Below the pieces are notes generated by a model. It saw only the letters and a list, made by a program, of their open reading frames with translations. It searched no databases and was not told the DNA's origin. Positions 33,713 to 43,753 of a stretch of DNA of 64,000 nucleotides are shown here, piece after piece (within the stretch, counting starts at the first letter, position 1; every line of letters begins with the position of its first letter). Made by a program: the position numbers and the translations under genes. Source of the DNA: a virus; IMG/VR virus record IMGVR_UViG_3300009103_000004, positions 32,001-96,000 of that record, one strand, 5' to 3'.

Positions 33713-34549
33713 TTATCTAAGCGATGTAATTTTAGATAACTCGCTGGGTGTTACAATTTTATCAGAACTACCAAGGGCCTTTTCCATATCTCGTATACCT
33801 CGAACCAGCTTAAACATAGCATGTGGCTCAAGCGAACACAGCTGATCACTACCCCACATAGTTCTGTCTAGAGTAACGTGACGCTCTATTATTTCTGCAC
33901 CAAGAGCAACTGACGCTATAGTTGGGGTCAAGGCAAACTCATGACCACTGTAACCTATCTTGCATTTTGGGAATCGAGCGCCAAGCGTGGGCATACAACG
34001 TAAGTTTAATTCTTCTAATGGGGCTGGGTAAGATGAGTTACAGTGCAAGATTGCAACTTTAGTACTCTTATCTGTTTTAGTAATCCAACTGTAAGCATCC
34101 TCAACATTAGACATGTCACTCATACCAGTGGACATAATAACTGAATCAAAAGATTCAGAGCATGCACGGACCAAAGACTCGTTAACTATAGATGCTGAAG
34201 CAAGCTTCACCCAAGGAAGATTAAATTCTTGTAAGAACTCAACAGAATCCAAATCCCATGGAGACGCAGACCAAGCAATGTTGTTTGTACTGCAGTGCTC
34301 GTCTATTTCCTTATACTGATCCAAATCAAATTCAACACGATGCTTGTAAGCCAAATAAGTAGTCTTGCCCCATGGCGTATCCCGAACCTTCTCTTTCATA
34401 TGTTCTGGAACGCAAACATCAGGATTACGTTTTTGAAACTTAACTGAGTCAAAACCAGCAGCAGCTGCAATAGTTATAAGGCGCTTAGCTACATCAAGGT
34501 CGCCATTATGATTAATACCGATCTCGGCTATTGTATATACTTTACTCAT
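33713..34549 (-). CDS. neuB: N-acetylneuraminate(-9-phosphate) synthase family, lacking the C-terminal AFP/SAF domain
   Basis: IAEIGINHNGD, VKFQKR, KLASA, STGMS, LHCNSSYP, GYSGHE, IERHVTLDRTMWGSDQ; start at 34549. Confidence 0.93.
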   Translation of the reverse strand: MSKVYTIAEIGINHNGDLDVAKRLITIAAAAGFDSVKFQKRNPDVCVPEHMKEKVRDTPWGKTTYLAYKHRVEFDLDQYKEIDEHCSTNNIAWSASPWDLDSVEFLQEFNLPWVKLASASIVNESLVRACSESFDSVIMSTGMSDMSNVEDAYSWITKTDKSTKVAILHCNSSYPAPLEELNLRCMPTLGARFPKCKIGYSGHEFALTPTIASVALGAEIIERHVTLDRTMWGSDQLCSLEPHAMFKLVRGIRDMEKALGSSDKIVTPSELSKITSLR

Positions 34550-34916
34550 CTTTAAAGAAATCTTCAGAATATACACCGCGATCATCCACATAACAGTCAG
34601 CGCCGAACTTTACGCCTAGCCGAAGCTCGTGGTACTTCAGCCCCCATTCCTTTAACTGTTTCTTGGTCATCTCGGTCCACTCTTCAAGCTTTTCGGGATA
34701 ACTGGTTGCTCGTGCGGTATCTATGTATATGTAATGCCCAGATTCGTAGAGACGATTTACTAAAGCTATACGCTCCTTGTGAGGCTTAGCATCTCTATAA
34801 GTCTCCCCAACACTGGAGTATACACCATGATTCTTTGGATCTACTTGTGTACACAATGTACCATCCAAATCAAAACAAATGGAAGGCGCGGAATCTTTTT
34901 TTACTCTTTCACTCAT
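34542..34916 (-). CDS. capless HAD-superfamily phosphatase
   Basis: CFDLDGTLC, DTAR, K, YVDDR motifs. Confidence 0.8.
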   Translation of the reverse strand: MSERVKKDSAPSICFDLDGTLCTQVDPKNHGVYSSVGETYRDAKPHKERIALVNRLYESGHYIYIDTARATSYPEKLEEWTEMTKKQLKEWGLKYHELRLGVKFGADCYVDDRGVYSEDFFKDE

Positions 34917-35584
34917 TACTCAGTTATATCAACATCTAAAAGTGTATAGTAGTCGTTATCGGAAGTTGCAAGTATTTTGTAAATACAATTGTTAAGTCCG
35001 TCTAAATCATTGAGTTCAGGGTATTTTTTAAAATTTTTAGTAACCTTCTGTTGAGGCTTCTTAAACTCCTTCCTGGCGGGATCATGGTTCCCCTTAAGCT
35101 CGCGGAAATGTTCCTTACCCCAAGCCCACTTCCTGTAGCCTTGAGATTCCTCCAACTGTATGCCCTTATTGTGAAACCTATGGCAGTAATTCCTATCCTC
35201 TCCGCCCCAACCCCAATAAGAATTAGCCCAGCCATTCAGCTCCCAATTAATCTTATTGTTAACTATTGATATCCCACCCATGCTCCACTTAGTGGGGCTG
35301 TGGACCTGCCTACCTGTTTCAGTGTAATGATAACCTGCGTTAGGTTTCTTAGGTAGCATATCCACATCATGAAAAGCAGTGTAGTCGGACTGGTCGTGAG
35401 TCTCCAAAAAACCAATATTCAATAACTTAGCACGATTAAATAAAAGATTATCAGCCTGGTTAACTACAGTGATGTGAAAAGGTATACCCTCTGCAGTTAA
35501 GTACTCATGGATAGCGGGAGCAAACTCGGATAAATGTTCCGGGCGGTCTCTGTAGGGTACTAGTATTTCTAAAGTGTAACTCAT
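34916..35584 (-). CDS. GT7 (beta-1,4-galactosyltransferase-like) glycosyltransferase
   Basis: VPYRDR, FNRAKLLNIGF, FHDVDMLP, NGWANSYWGWGGED. Confidence 0.9.
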   Translation of the reverse strand: MSYTLEILVPYRDRPEHLSEFAPAIHEYLTAEGIPFHITVVNQADNLLFNRAKLLNIGFLETHDQSDYTAFHDVDMLPKKPNAGYHYTETGRQVHSPTKWSMGGISIVNNKINWELNGWANSYWGWGGEDRNYCHRFHNKGIQLEESQGYRKWAWGKEHFRELKGNHDPARKEFKKPQQKVTKNFKKYPELNDLDGLNNCIYKILATSDNDYYTLLDVDITE

Positions 35585-35586
35585 GC

Positions 35587-36180
35587 CTATTTCTTGTTTA
35601 TCCTCCAGCCTTGCTTAATCTTCAAGTCACGAGACTTCAGGACTTTTAAATCAGTGCCTTCTGTAAACCTAGCTACCGCACGTATAACTTGCATACCGTT
35701 GGTCCCCTTTGCAACATAATCGTCGCCCGCAAGAACACCACCAGCCTTTATCTTAGGCCACCAAGCAACGAGCTCTTTATATACGTGCTCCGTCTCATGG
35801 TAATCGTCGACGTAGAGAAAGTCTATAGAGTTATCTTCGTACGCATCAGCAAGTTCAATAGCATCTCCTTTTATGATGTTAACATAATCAGATACGGGAG
35901 ATAAATTTTCTCTACATTTAGCTTCTATCCTACTGCCGTCTCGATTAGCGACATCCGCCTTCGTTTTTCTGCTCCCCGTGTCTCCTTCAAACAAGTCAAT
36001 AGAATCGAAACGTATGTTCTTACCACTATTGATAATCTCCACAGCCATACACGATGTACTCTTTCCCAGGTAACTACCGAGCTCCACAAATAAGGCGCCG
36101 TCATCAGCTTCCCTTACCATATTTCGATATAACTTTGCTGCATCAAACCAACCTTTTATTTTTTTGTAATAATGTTTCAT
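35587..36180 (-). CDS. class I SAM methyltransferase (Methyltransf_24-like)
   Basis: FVELGSYLGKS, IDFLYVDDYH, WWPKIKAGGVLAGDDY. Confidence 0.85.
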   Translation of the reverse strand: MKHYYKKIKGWFDAAKLYRNMVREADDGALFVELGSYLGKSTSCMAVEIINSGKNIRFDSIDLFEGDTGSRKTKADVANRDGSRIEAKCRENLSPVSDYVNIIKGDAIELADAYEDNSIDFLYVDDYHETEHVYKELVAWWPKIKAGGVLAGDDYVAKGTNGMQVIRAVARFTEGTDLKVLKSRDLKIKQGWRINKK

Positions 36181-36995
36181 ATTTTTATTTTATCAAAACC
36201 ATGTTGTATCTTTGAAATAGACGAAGAGTCTCCAGATCTTTTAGCATGGATAGTTGTACCACCATTGAGTATGGGCTCCATGCCTTTAAACCTAGTATCC
36301 GTAGCTATGTTAGTATGTACAAATATACAATCCGTACCGAGTGCTCGGCAGGGTAGCGCACAATGTAACCTAGGGGTAACAACAAGATCCGCACCTGCGT
36401 ACATAGATAATCTGTTCCTAGCAATATCAAGCCTGCGCTCAGGACTTGAATTAGGTAATACAGACAACCTGTGAGAAATGACTTCGCCCGAATAAGGTAT
36501 GTCTTTTAAAAATGGCTTGTTACCTCCCTTTGTCCACTGCTTATGACAGTCGCAAAAATACGTACCTCCTCGTTTACCTGAATAAGACTCAGGATTTAGG
36601 TATAGGGTTAAACAACCCGTAAAGTACGCAGAAATGCCATGTGACTTAAATAGGTCCACCGTCGAATAGTCACGACAGCCTATAGGCTCGTAACGTTTAA
36701 AATAATCCTTATATTTCTCAACCATTCCTACACTCTCATGCTGTATGTGAAAACTTATAAAAACAGGATGTATATTATTGGAAGGAGGGAACCTACTAAA
36801 GTCTGCCATGAACCATCCATTCATTATAAGGTTAACTGGATGTCCTTCGTAAGTGTGAAGAGACTCCCTATTCAAGATGGAAAATGAATCTACTCCTTTT
36901 TTACTTAAAAAATCTATAGCAGCTAACGTCTGTATATCGTCACCCAAATTGTAAGTAGGCGCGTAAACCACGGCGTAATCCTTATAATGTTTCAT
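36177..36995 (-). CDS. polysaccharide pyruvyltransferase-family protein
   Basis: NLGDDIQTLAA, IMNGWF, PIGCRD, VVTPRLHCALPC. Confidence 0.85.
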   Translation of the reverse strand: MKHYKDYAVVYAPTYNLGDDIQTLAAIDFLSKKGVDSFSILNRESLHTYEGHPVNLIMNGWFMADFSRFPPSNNIHPVFISFHIQHESVGMVEKYKDYFKRYEPIGCRDYSTVDLFKSHGISAYFTGCLTLYLNPESYSGKRGGTYFCDCHKQWTKGGNKPFLKDIPYSGEVISHRLSVLPNSSPERRLDIARNRLSMYAGADLVVTPRLHCALPCRALGTDCIFVHTNIATDTRFKGMEPILNGGTTIHAKRSGDSSSISKIQHGFDKIKI

Positions 36996-37555
36996 AATCT
37001 CTTAAAATGACCCTGCTCCACCCACTCGCCTATTAGCCTGCGTTCTTTGCCCATACTATGGTGGTGCCGGTTATAACTAGAATCGAGAGCGCATATACAT
37101 CTTTCTAAGCCGGGGAATAGGTTCTGGTCTTTTATTTTCTTCAACACAAGGAAACCTGTAGACGGTTTTTTATAATCCAAGTCAGCCATAACATCCGAAG
37201 CCTCTTCCATGCTTATGACAGTTCGAGGCTTATCAGTTACTCGAAGTCTTTGGAGTATCGTGGATTTTACTTTGTCTGCAATAGAATCCGAATCTCTCAG
37301 CCATACTGCTTTAACGGTCTGGAAATGCCTCATCCTAAAAGGATCCATTCTTCCACGGAAGCAATAGTGCCGCAAACTCCAGTTAGCCACAAGAACAATT
37401 AGATCCGTACGGTAACCCACTTTACCAGTGCCTAAATTATCCATCTTGTTAAACCTAAGAACAAGATCAGTATCCTTTATGTCAGGAGTAAAGTCTCGAG
37501 AAGGACGAGAGTTCCCGATTATAACCAGACGATTTTTACCTTCAGTAAGACTCAT
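36992..37555 (-). CDS. second GT29-like protein (compact)
   Basis: IIGN..D.VLRFN..VGYRTD; PSTGF; HHHSMGKE. Confidence 0.65.
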   Translation of the reverse strand: MSLTEGKNRLVIIGNSRPSRDFTPDIKDTDLVLRFNKMDNLGTGKVGYRTDLIVLVANWSLRHYCFRGRMDPFRMRHFQTVKAVWLRDSDSIADKVKSTILQRLRVTDKPRTVISMEEASDVMADLDYKKPSTGFLVLKKIKDQNLFPGLERCICALDSSYNRHHHSMGKERRLIGEWVEQGHFKRL

Positions 37556-38273
37556 TATATTTTAAAAACTTATCTTCAGGAGAACCCATCAAATGTTTCT
37601 TATCTGTGTAGTGACATATACTTACACGCGTATGCTTATTTAGCTTGGAATAACGGTAGTTCCAGTGGCTCTGTAAAGCGGTAATCGGGACTTTAGAGTA
37701 CCATGCAGAAGCGAGTAATAAAGGCTGCTCATACTTGAAAGCCCCGTATTTGATCCAATCCAGATGATCTAGCCCCGCATAAAATAAACAATTGCTCGTA
37801 GAACCTTGATCATCCTGATTCGATATCTCTTCGTAAGCTTCTAAAAACTTTACGGCACCAGGAGTATTAAAAAAACCAACTAAACCCCCGTTGTAAAAAT
37901 TTCTAAAATTTTCTGGAATATGTAGAAGAGATTTACGGACTTTCCAATTCAACCTCCATTGATGTCCCTTAACGGCAAAGACATCACCGCCCAAGTTAGA
38001 CATCTCTTGAAAAATGTTACCTGCCGAAGATGCTATGAGCATATCTAAGTCTAAGTGCAGTACCTGATCGTAACCTGAATTTATGTAGTCTAGAGCGTAC
38101 GGCAATCTGTGCCAGAAGTAGTTTGGGTTTAAGATACGTGGATGGAGCTCTGTCTCAATTTTAAATTCCGCACCAACAGAGTCACAGTAACGCTCGATAC
38201 AGGGTATGGAGAGATCCCTATATTTGTCATCAATACAATTATTGGTAGCGAGTGTATATATTATTCGGCGCAT
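37542..38273 (-). CDS. GT-A glycosyltransferase (GT34/GT8-like)
   Basis: YCDSVGAEF, YDQVLHLDLDML, YNGGLV, EQPLL, WNY, ICHY. Confidence 0.65.
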   Translation of the reverse strand: MRRIIYTLATNNCIDDKYRDLSIPCIERYCDSVGAEFKIETELHPRILNPNYFWHRLPYALDYINSGYDQVLHLDLDMLIASSAGNIFQEMSNLGGDVFAVKGHQWRLNWKVRKSLLHIPENFRNFYNGGLVGFFNTPGAVKFLEAYEEISNQDDQGSTSNCLFYAGLDHLDWIKYGAFKYEQPLLLASAWYSKVPITALQSHWNYRYSKLNKHTRVSICHYTDKKHLMGSPEDKFLKYNESY

Positions 38274-39139
38274 GACAACTCATGATAATCCCGCCATAAG
38301 TTATTTACTAACTTATAACTTCTGTGTTTACCCTTAAGGCGTATCCTGTCGCACGCTGTTGTAGTAGGTTTCCCACTAGTGTAATGTATGATCTTGAGAC
38401 TAGATAGAAAATCGGGTTTTCTTTTTACTAGACCGTCAGGAACCACACGACGTATTCGATTGTAGCGATTTGATACCAAGTAGTAGTCGTGATTGATAAA
38501 AAATCTGGAAAGTATTGTCTGCTCTCCAACGCGACCCCTCCCTAGCCGCTTGTAGAAAGATTTAAAATCCAGAGAGTTGGCGAAAGAAATTAGTTCGTCA
38601 AAGAACGAATCAGACATGTACTTCTTGGAAACAACGTAAACTCCACCGTTTATATCCCTAGTACTGCACTGCACGCCAGTGCCTGCAGGGTAAAACCCGT
38701 TATATCGATCCAGATCCCATGATATGCTGTCGGCAGCTCCAACAAAACCGTAATCACTTGAAAGCCTGAACAACTCTGTCAAATCTCCAGTAACCAGTGT
38801 GTCTGCATCCAGGTAGATTATATGGTCATATTCTGAGGGTTTAAACACCTCCCACTTATATATGCAAGGAAGTGTTCTTAAACGAGAGCCCTTGGCATTC
38901 TTCCTAATACTATAAAACAAATCAGAATAAGTAGTGGTATCTACTTTCTTAAATTTAATTTTTTTATAGGAGTTGCTCAGCAGTCGCTTAGCAGTGGGGG
39001 TAAGCTTACATATATCATCATCGTGCAGTATAACTATATCCCCACAAAACCATTTATTGTTTTTAAGAAAAGAAAAAATAAGAACATTAGCCATCAGTAC
39101 GACGGCATTATTACAAACAAGATATAAAGCTATATTCAT
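38261..39139 (-). CDS. GT8 glycosyltransferase
   Basis: YDHIIYLDADTLVTGDLTELF, INGGVYV, EQTIL, YN, IIHYTSGKP. Confidence 0.85.
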   Translation of the reverse strand: MNIALYLVCNNAVVLMANVLIFSFLKNNKWFCGDIVILHDDDICKLTPTAKRLLSNSYKKIKFKKVDTTTYSDLFYSIRKNAKGSRLRTLPCIYKWEVFKPSEYDHIIYLDADTLVTGDLTELFRLSSDYGFVGAADSISWDLDRYNGFYPAGTGVQCSTRDINGGVYVVSKKYMSDSFFDELISFANSLDFKSFYKRLGRGRVGEQTILSRFFINHDYYLVSNRYNRIRRVVPDGLVKRKPDFLSSLKIIHYTSGKPTTTACDRIRLKGKHRSYKLVNNLWRDYHELSCAE

Positions 39140-39148
39140 ATGTCTGGG

Positions 39149-40018
39149 TCAGCGCGGAGTAAGATTGCTGTATCTACTTATAATGGCGTCATCTCCATAT
39201 TTGTTTAAGACAGACTTCATAACATCCAAACCATACATCCACCGAGATCCGCCAAAATCTTCTTCAGCTTGCTTTAAAACTTCTCTTGCGCTCTCAACAT
39301 TATCTTCACAAAGATAGGGATAACCCTCGCCCAACATATCAATAGCACCTCCCGAATTATAACTGCAAAGTATATTACTCTCGCTATAAGCAGCTTGTAT
39401 TATTTTGTTACTGGGCTTGTATGGGGAATTGCGTATGGAAATATGCATGTTACAATCTCTCAATCCTTCGCCTATTGGACAAGAACCAGGATATGATTTG
39501 CACTTCCTGTCTAACTTGTACTGATACTTACTGAGAAATTTTTTTAAAGTTGGACCACCGTCATACCGCAAGAGGCTTCCAAAAAACCCGGGCTTGAACT
39601 TTGATTTATTTTCATTAGCAATTCTAAACGAAGGACTTATATAGTGGGGTATTACATCAAACTTGGAGTCCGGATACAGCTTAAAAAGAACATCTGCGTA
39701 CTCTTCGGTACGGCAAATAAAAGAATCAACACCTATAAGGTGATCGGACCCAGAAGCCAGAACTTTTTTTATTACAGATAAATCGAGGTCAATAATGTCG
39801 ATATGTACAAAAAAAGAATCAGGTATTTTGTTTATCCTGTCTATGTGTCCAGACCTGGGCTTTAAAAACACATAAGACTTAGTACTCTCTAATTTGAAGT
39901 CTTCCATCCACACAGACTTGCAGCTGATACCGTTAGAATTTAGAAGATCGGAAACCTCATCTCCGCAAGTGACTGCGGAAGATGTTTTCCTACATTTTAC
40001 AAATATTATATCATACAT
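39149..40018 (-). CDS. hypothetical protein, possible GT-B enzyme
   Basis: VIPHY, GFFGS, YKPSNKIIQAA segments; island context. Confidence 0.4.
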   Translation of the reverse strand: MYDIIFVKCRKTSSAVTCGDEVSDLLNSNGISCKSVWMEDFKLESTKSYVFLKPRSGHIDRINKIPDSFFVHIDIIDLDLSVIKKVLASGSDHLIGVDSFICRTEEYADVLFKLYPDSKFDVIPHYISPSFRIANENKSKFKPGFFGSLLRYDGGPTLKKFLSKYQYKLDRKCKSYPGSCPIGEGLRDCNMHISIRNSPYKPSNKIIQAAYSESNILCSYNSGGAIDMLGEGYPYLCEDNVESAREVLKQAEEDFGGSRWMYGLDVMKSVLNKYGDDAIISRYSNLTPR

Positions 40019-40019
40019 G

Positions 40020-40877
40020 CTACCACCCCATGTAGTGTTTAACTACTTTTTCTTTACTTATATAACTTGGGACTAAGCCCGCTAGACATTCTTCTATATT
40101 AAAAAGTTTATAATTATTTTCCTCTTTTACTTTTTCTAAATCTGGGAAGTCAGAGTAAAATAAAAAATTATAGTCAGTACTAGATTTCAGATCTGCGGCA
40201 ACCGGATCAGCTTCTGGGCCCGACAATAACATGTCAGTCATGACGTATACATTACCCGAAACATCCATGGAATTTAGTGTGCTTAGTATGTTATCCTTAC
40301 TGTGTGCAGAACCCCACTGTTCGGGAGTGATGTCTACTCCAGGTAATGGAGAAAAGTGAGCACGCTTGTAACCATGTTTAGAGACTCTGTCCCCCCTCCG
40401 TACATGGATAACGCAATTGATATTATGATCAGTTAACTGTCTGGCTGACGTTAACGTCGTTTTACTAAACGGTATGTCTATACGTAAACCACGTGTAATT
40501 TCCTTAGCGTAATCTCCATACATATCGCTACAGTAAAACCTTTTCATACACAGTAAAGAGCCACCGTAGCATTGCTTAGGATTTCGACAAAGCGCATACA
40601 ACTCGCCATTAACCTTAATGCCAGCTACATTATAGTAAGCGTACCACGCAAGAGGAACCTCCCTCCCCCTATTATGCTTAGCTGCTAATATAAAATTAGG
40701 TAAAACTAATTCCAACCCAAGTTTGTAAGCCACAGATATATATACTCGAAACTGTGAAACTAAATCCAGCAACCCAGAATCTCGGCTTTCGCAAGCATCT
40801 GTGATATATAAATACTTGTAGCTACCCACGGTATGGGCCGGGGCTTTGGTGTATTTTTTTAAGAGTTCGTCTAACAT
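40020..40877 (-). CDS. fucosyltransferase-like GT-B protein
   Basis: SGLLD..A..LG..LVLP; VIHVRRGD; VYVMTD. Confidence 0.65.
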   Translation of the reverse strand: MLDELLKKYTKAPAHTVGSYKYLYITDACESRDSGLLDLVSQFRVYISVAYKLGLELVLPNFILAAKHNRGREVPLAWYAYYNVAGIKVNGELYALCRNPKQCYGGSLLCMKRFYCSDMYGDYAKEITRGLRIDIPFSKTTLTSARQLTDHNINCVIHVRRGDRVSKHGYKRAHFSPLPGVDITPEQWGSAHSKDNILSTLNSMDVSGNVYVMTDMLLSGPEADPVAADLKSSTDYNFLFYSDFPDLEKVKEENNYKLFNIEECLAGLVPSYISKEKVVKHYMGW

Positions 40878-40882
40878 TACTT

Positions 40883-42517
40883 CTACATATGCTTAACTCT
40901 GTATTCAACTATAGAGTATTTATGAGTTCTATATAAAATGTCATAAGGAGACCTAGCAACAGAAGAATTACGATGAGCTAGTTTTCTGTTAGCTCTTTCA
41001 GATTTTCTCCTGTCCTTAATAGGGTAATTCTCAGTACGCTCACTTGTCGAATGAGGTATATGGAAAATGTAGTCCGACAAAGAATTAAATATAACGGACG
41101 TCACACCACTCTCGTCAAATCGTTCATATAAGTCAGTATCGTCATGACCCCAACCAACAAGTCTCTCATTGTACCATACAAAATCAGATTTATTGAAAAC
41201 ACAAAAACCCCCAAATGATTCGGAAAACCACCAAGCACCACGAATGTAGTAATCTGCCAGCCTTGTGCCAGTTTTGCGGTCAAGCAATAGGTAGTCCATC
41301 CATGTAGAAGACTTTATTGCGTAGTCAGTATCCAGCTTGATAACTACATCAAACACAGCCATGTCCACGGCAAGATTGTATGCCTTTCCCAAAGAAAAAT
41401 AAGACTCGTCCTCTACACGTATAATCCTGACATACCCAGCATCGACAAAGTAACGTATGACTTCGTTATCCATAATAGGAGAATCAGAAGCCCAATCAAC
41501 TACTATGATCTCAGTTATATATGGACAGTTTAGCCAAGTTGGTAAAGATTTTAGCAAGTTATCTATACGATTCATACATGCGCAAACTGCAGAAATTTTT
41601 AAATCGGAATTCTTGTGGTAGGCCCGTACATCCTTAAACCGTTTAGTAACTGGCAACTCATATACAACTCCTGTAGGTTCTACTCCACAAGCGGTGCCTA
41701 CATAGAAAGAATCCAATTCTTCGAATTCGTAAGACTTTTTTAAACCCCGAGATTCTGCGTAAGCATCCCATTGCTTTGCCCGATCCTCCCTAGGCATAAA
41801 ATTATCCATCTCACTTATGTACGACCTATAGTTGGGAAGGTCAGTTCTCAAATCAAGCCCACGCCTGACACCAAACAGGCGCTTCTGTCTGTTCAAAACT
41901 ACAACAGTGTCGACAATACATATAACACCTCCGCATAATGATGGGTCTACAATCTGACAAAAAAGCATATCCATGCCCCAACCTACCAGCTTACCATCGT
42001 ATGCGCCCATGAACATAGAAAGTGACTCCCTCTTGAAAGTTACAAAGTTCATCTCAGTAAAATTAGTTACACGAGCGTAGTTTTCATATACGGGGCGCAT
42101 AAACCAATGCGGTAGAAGACCTGCAGCGTGCTGAGCTGCTCCAGCTATTAATAGTTCTGAGCTAGAGTTAAGTACGTCAACTATATCCGACAAACTGCCC
42201 TTCTGAATACGAGCATCGTCATCCCATACAGTTACTGTATCAAACAACTTAATTCTTGATGACGACTTATGATACACGTAATGAAGATTCTGAAACTTAC
42301 TCCCAGAGCGTGCGTAAAATTCGTCAGCACCGCCGCGCAACTGTTTTTTCTTAGATTTGGATGTACCATAGAATACTATAATAACATAAAACCTACTCTT
42401 CAAATAACGAAGAGAGTAAGACGCAAAAACCTCATGATCACCGGCGGAAATAAAAATACAATCTCTACGCCCAGATAATTTAGGTTTTTTAAAATTACTC
42501 CAAAAACTCATATCCAA
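40883..42517 (-). CDS. two-domain glycosyltransferase fusion (DUF707-like + GT2/GT7-like)
   Basis: N-half: SAGD, GSKFQNL, VWDDD, TNFTEM, GWGMD. C-half: ACMNR, VVDWAS, KLDTD, YNERLVGWGHDDTDL. Confidence 0.7.
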   Translation of the reverse strand: MDMSFWSNFKKPKLSGRRDCIFISAGDHEVFASYSLRYLKSRFYVIIVFYGTSKSKKKQLRGGADEFYARSGSKFQNLHYVYHKSSSRIKLFDTVTVWDDDARIQKGSLSDIVDVLNSSSELLIAGAAQHAAGLLPHWFMRPVYENYARVTNFTEMNFVTFKRESLSMFMGAYDGKLVGWGMDMLFCQIVDPSLCGGVICIVDTVVVLNRQKRLFGVRRGLDLRTDLPNYRSYISEMDNFMPREDRAKQWDAYAESRGLKKSYEFEELDSFYVGTACGVEPTGVVYELPVTKRFKDVRAYHKNSDLKISAVCACMNRIDNLLKSLPTWLNCPYITEIIVVDWASDSPIMDNEVIRYFVDAGYVRIIRVEDESYFSLGKAYNLAVDMAVFDVVIKLDTDYAIKSSTWMDYLLLDRKTGTRLADYYIRGAWWFSESFGGFCVFNKSDFVWYNERLVGWGHDDTDLYERFDESGVTSVIFNSLSDYIFHIPHSTSERTENYPIKDRRKSERANRKLAHRNSSVARSPYDILYRTHKYSIVEYRVKHM

Positions 42518-43139
42518 ATTTATTGATGTCCTCAGAGTAAATGTCTGCCACAGCGGCTACGGAATCGGAGTCATAATATTCCGAGTAGCTCCCACGAGAT
42601 GTTTTGTTAGCGTGACCTAGTTTTAAATCTGGTAGTCCCAGTTTACTGGAAAGAAGAGAGTAATCCGTAGATAAGTCTTCAAGCTTGAAAACCGAATCAA
42701 CGAGAACGTTTCCGGAACTGTCGCAAACGTACTCATACTGAGGCTTCCTATGTATATGATTTTTGGCGTAGTCTAGGAATGCTATCTTCTTGCACCGGGA
42801 GTGCTTTCTTAGGAAGCGCCTGCACTCCTTTCTGATCCTTGTGACGCGAGGATCGCAATGGTGTGTTATCCACCTTCCCTTTATATTGAAATGAAACATT
42901 GAAACTAAGCGATCCCAAGGATTTCTTACTACCGCAAATGTAAAGTATTCGTTCCAAATGTCAGCACCATAGTGATCTATTATCTGCTCAGCAGTGGAAT
43001 GTCGCCATATATCACCCTTATTCTTTTTATCATCGGGGACGTAGTAATCCTTAGCACACCTCCTAATGCTTCTGTTTACAGAAACACTTCCGCACTTTCC
43101 TATGTTAACGTATATAAACTTATGTTTGTGACTAATCAT
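42495..43139 (-). CDS. sulfotransferase family 2 (carbohydrate sulfotransferase-like)
   Basis: 5'-PSB YVNIGKCGSVS; 3'-PB VVRNPWDRLVS. Confidence 0.88.
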   Translation of the reverse strand: MISHKHKFIYVNIGKCGSVSVNRSIRRCAKDYYVPDDKKNKGDIWRHSTAEQIIDHYGADIWNEYFTFAVVRNPWDRLVSMFHFNIKGRWITHHCDPRVTRIRKECRRFLRKHSRCKKIAFLDYAKNHIHRKPQYEYVCDSSGNVLVDSVFKLEDLSTDYSLLSSKLGLPDLKLGHANKTSRGSYSEYYDSDSVAAVADIYSEDINKFGYEFLE

Positions 43140-43753
43140 TCTCCAAATTCATACCCAAAATACTCAATGTCTTTTGCGTATTTTTCCGCAACGATTTCAC
43201 GAGTTTCATCATCGTAGTATTCGGTGTAGTGTTTATGCGTTGATTTGTTGCGGTGTAGAAGTTCTTGTCGGGGTATTCCTATCTTGTCGCAAACAACGTT
43301 GAAGTCTTCTTGGAGATTTTCAAATCTTCCAACTAAGTCCACCTCACTCGACCAAGTTAGTTGCTCGGGTTCCCAGTACTTTCGATTTCTTAAAAAATCG
43401 CAAAAAGTATTACAACCCTCCAATGCTTTGGTATACATTTTGTAGCTTTCAATCCACACAGGATTAGTTGGGGGGTTTTCCTTCCAGTACTTCAACATTT
43501 TCTTGCGATAGGTATACTCACTAAAAACTTTAGCCCAAGAGTTTCTGACAAAACAAAAACTAAAATAACCAGCTATATCTAATTCTAAAGACCTGGTACT
43601 AAGAAGCTCATGCTTACCTGTGAATAATCTTCCCCTCCTAAGAACTGGGTGGTTACAAGGTTCCCCATAATTACCCAATACGGACTCTATGGAACTAGTA
43701 CCCGTCTTGGGAATAGCAACAAATACAAACCTATGCTTATGTGATATTATCAT
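43136..43753 (-). CDS. sulfotransferase family 2
   Basis: FVAIPKTGTSSI; FVRNSWAKVFS; GRFENL. Confidence 0.88.
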   Translation of the reverse strand: MIISHKHRFVFVAIPKTGTSSIESVLGNYGEPCNHPVLRRGRLFTGKHELLSTRSLELDIAGYFSFCFVRNSWAKVFSEYTYRKKMLKYWKENPPTNPVWIESYKMYTKALEGCNTFCDFLRNRKYWEPEQLTWSSEVDLVGRFENLQEDFNVVCDKIGIPRQELLHRNKSTHKHYTEYYDDETREIVAEKYAKDIEYFGYEFGE

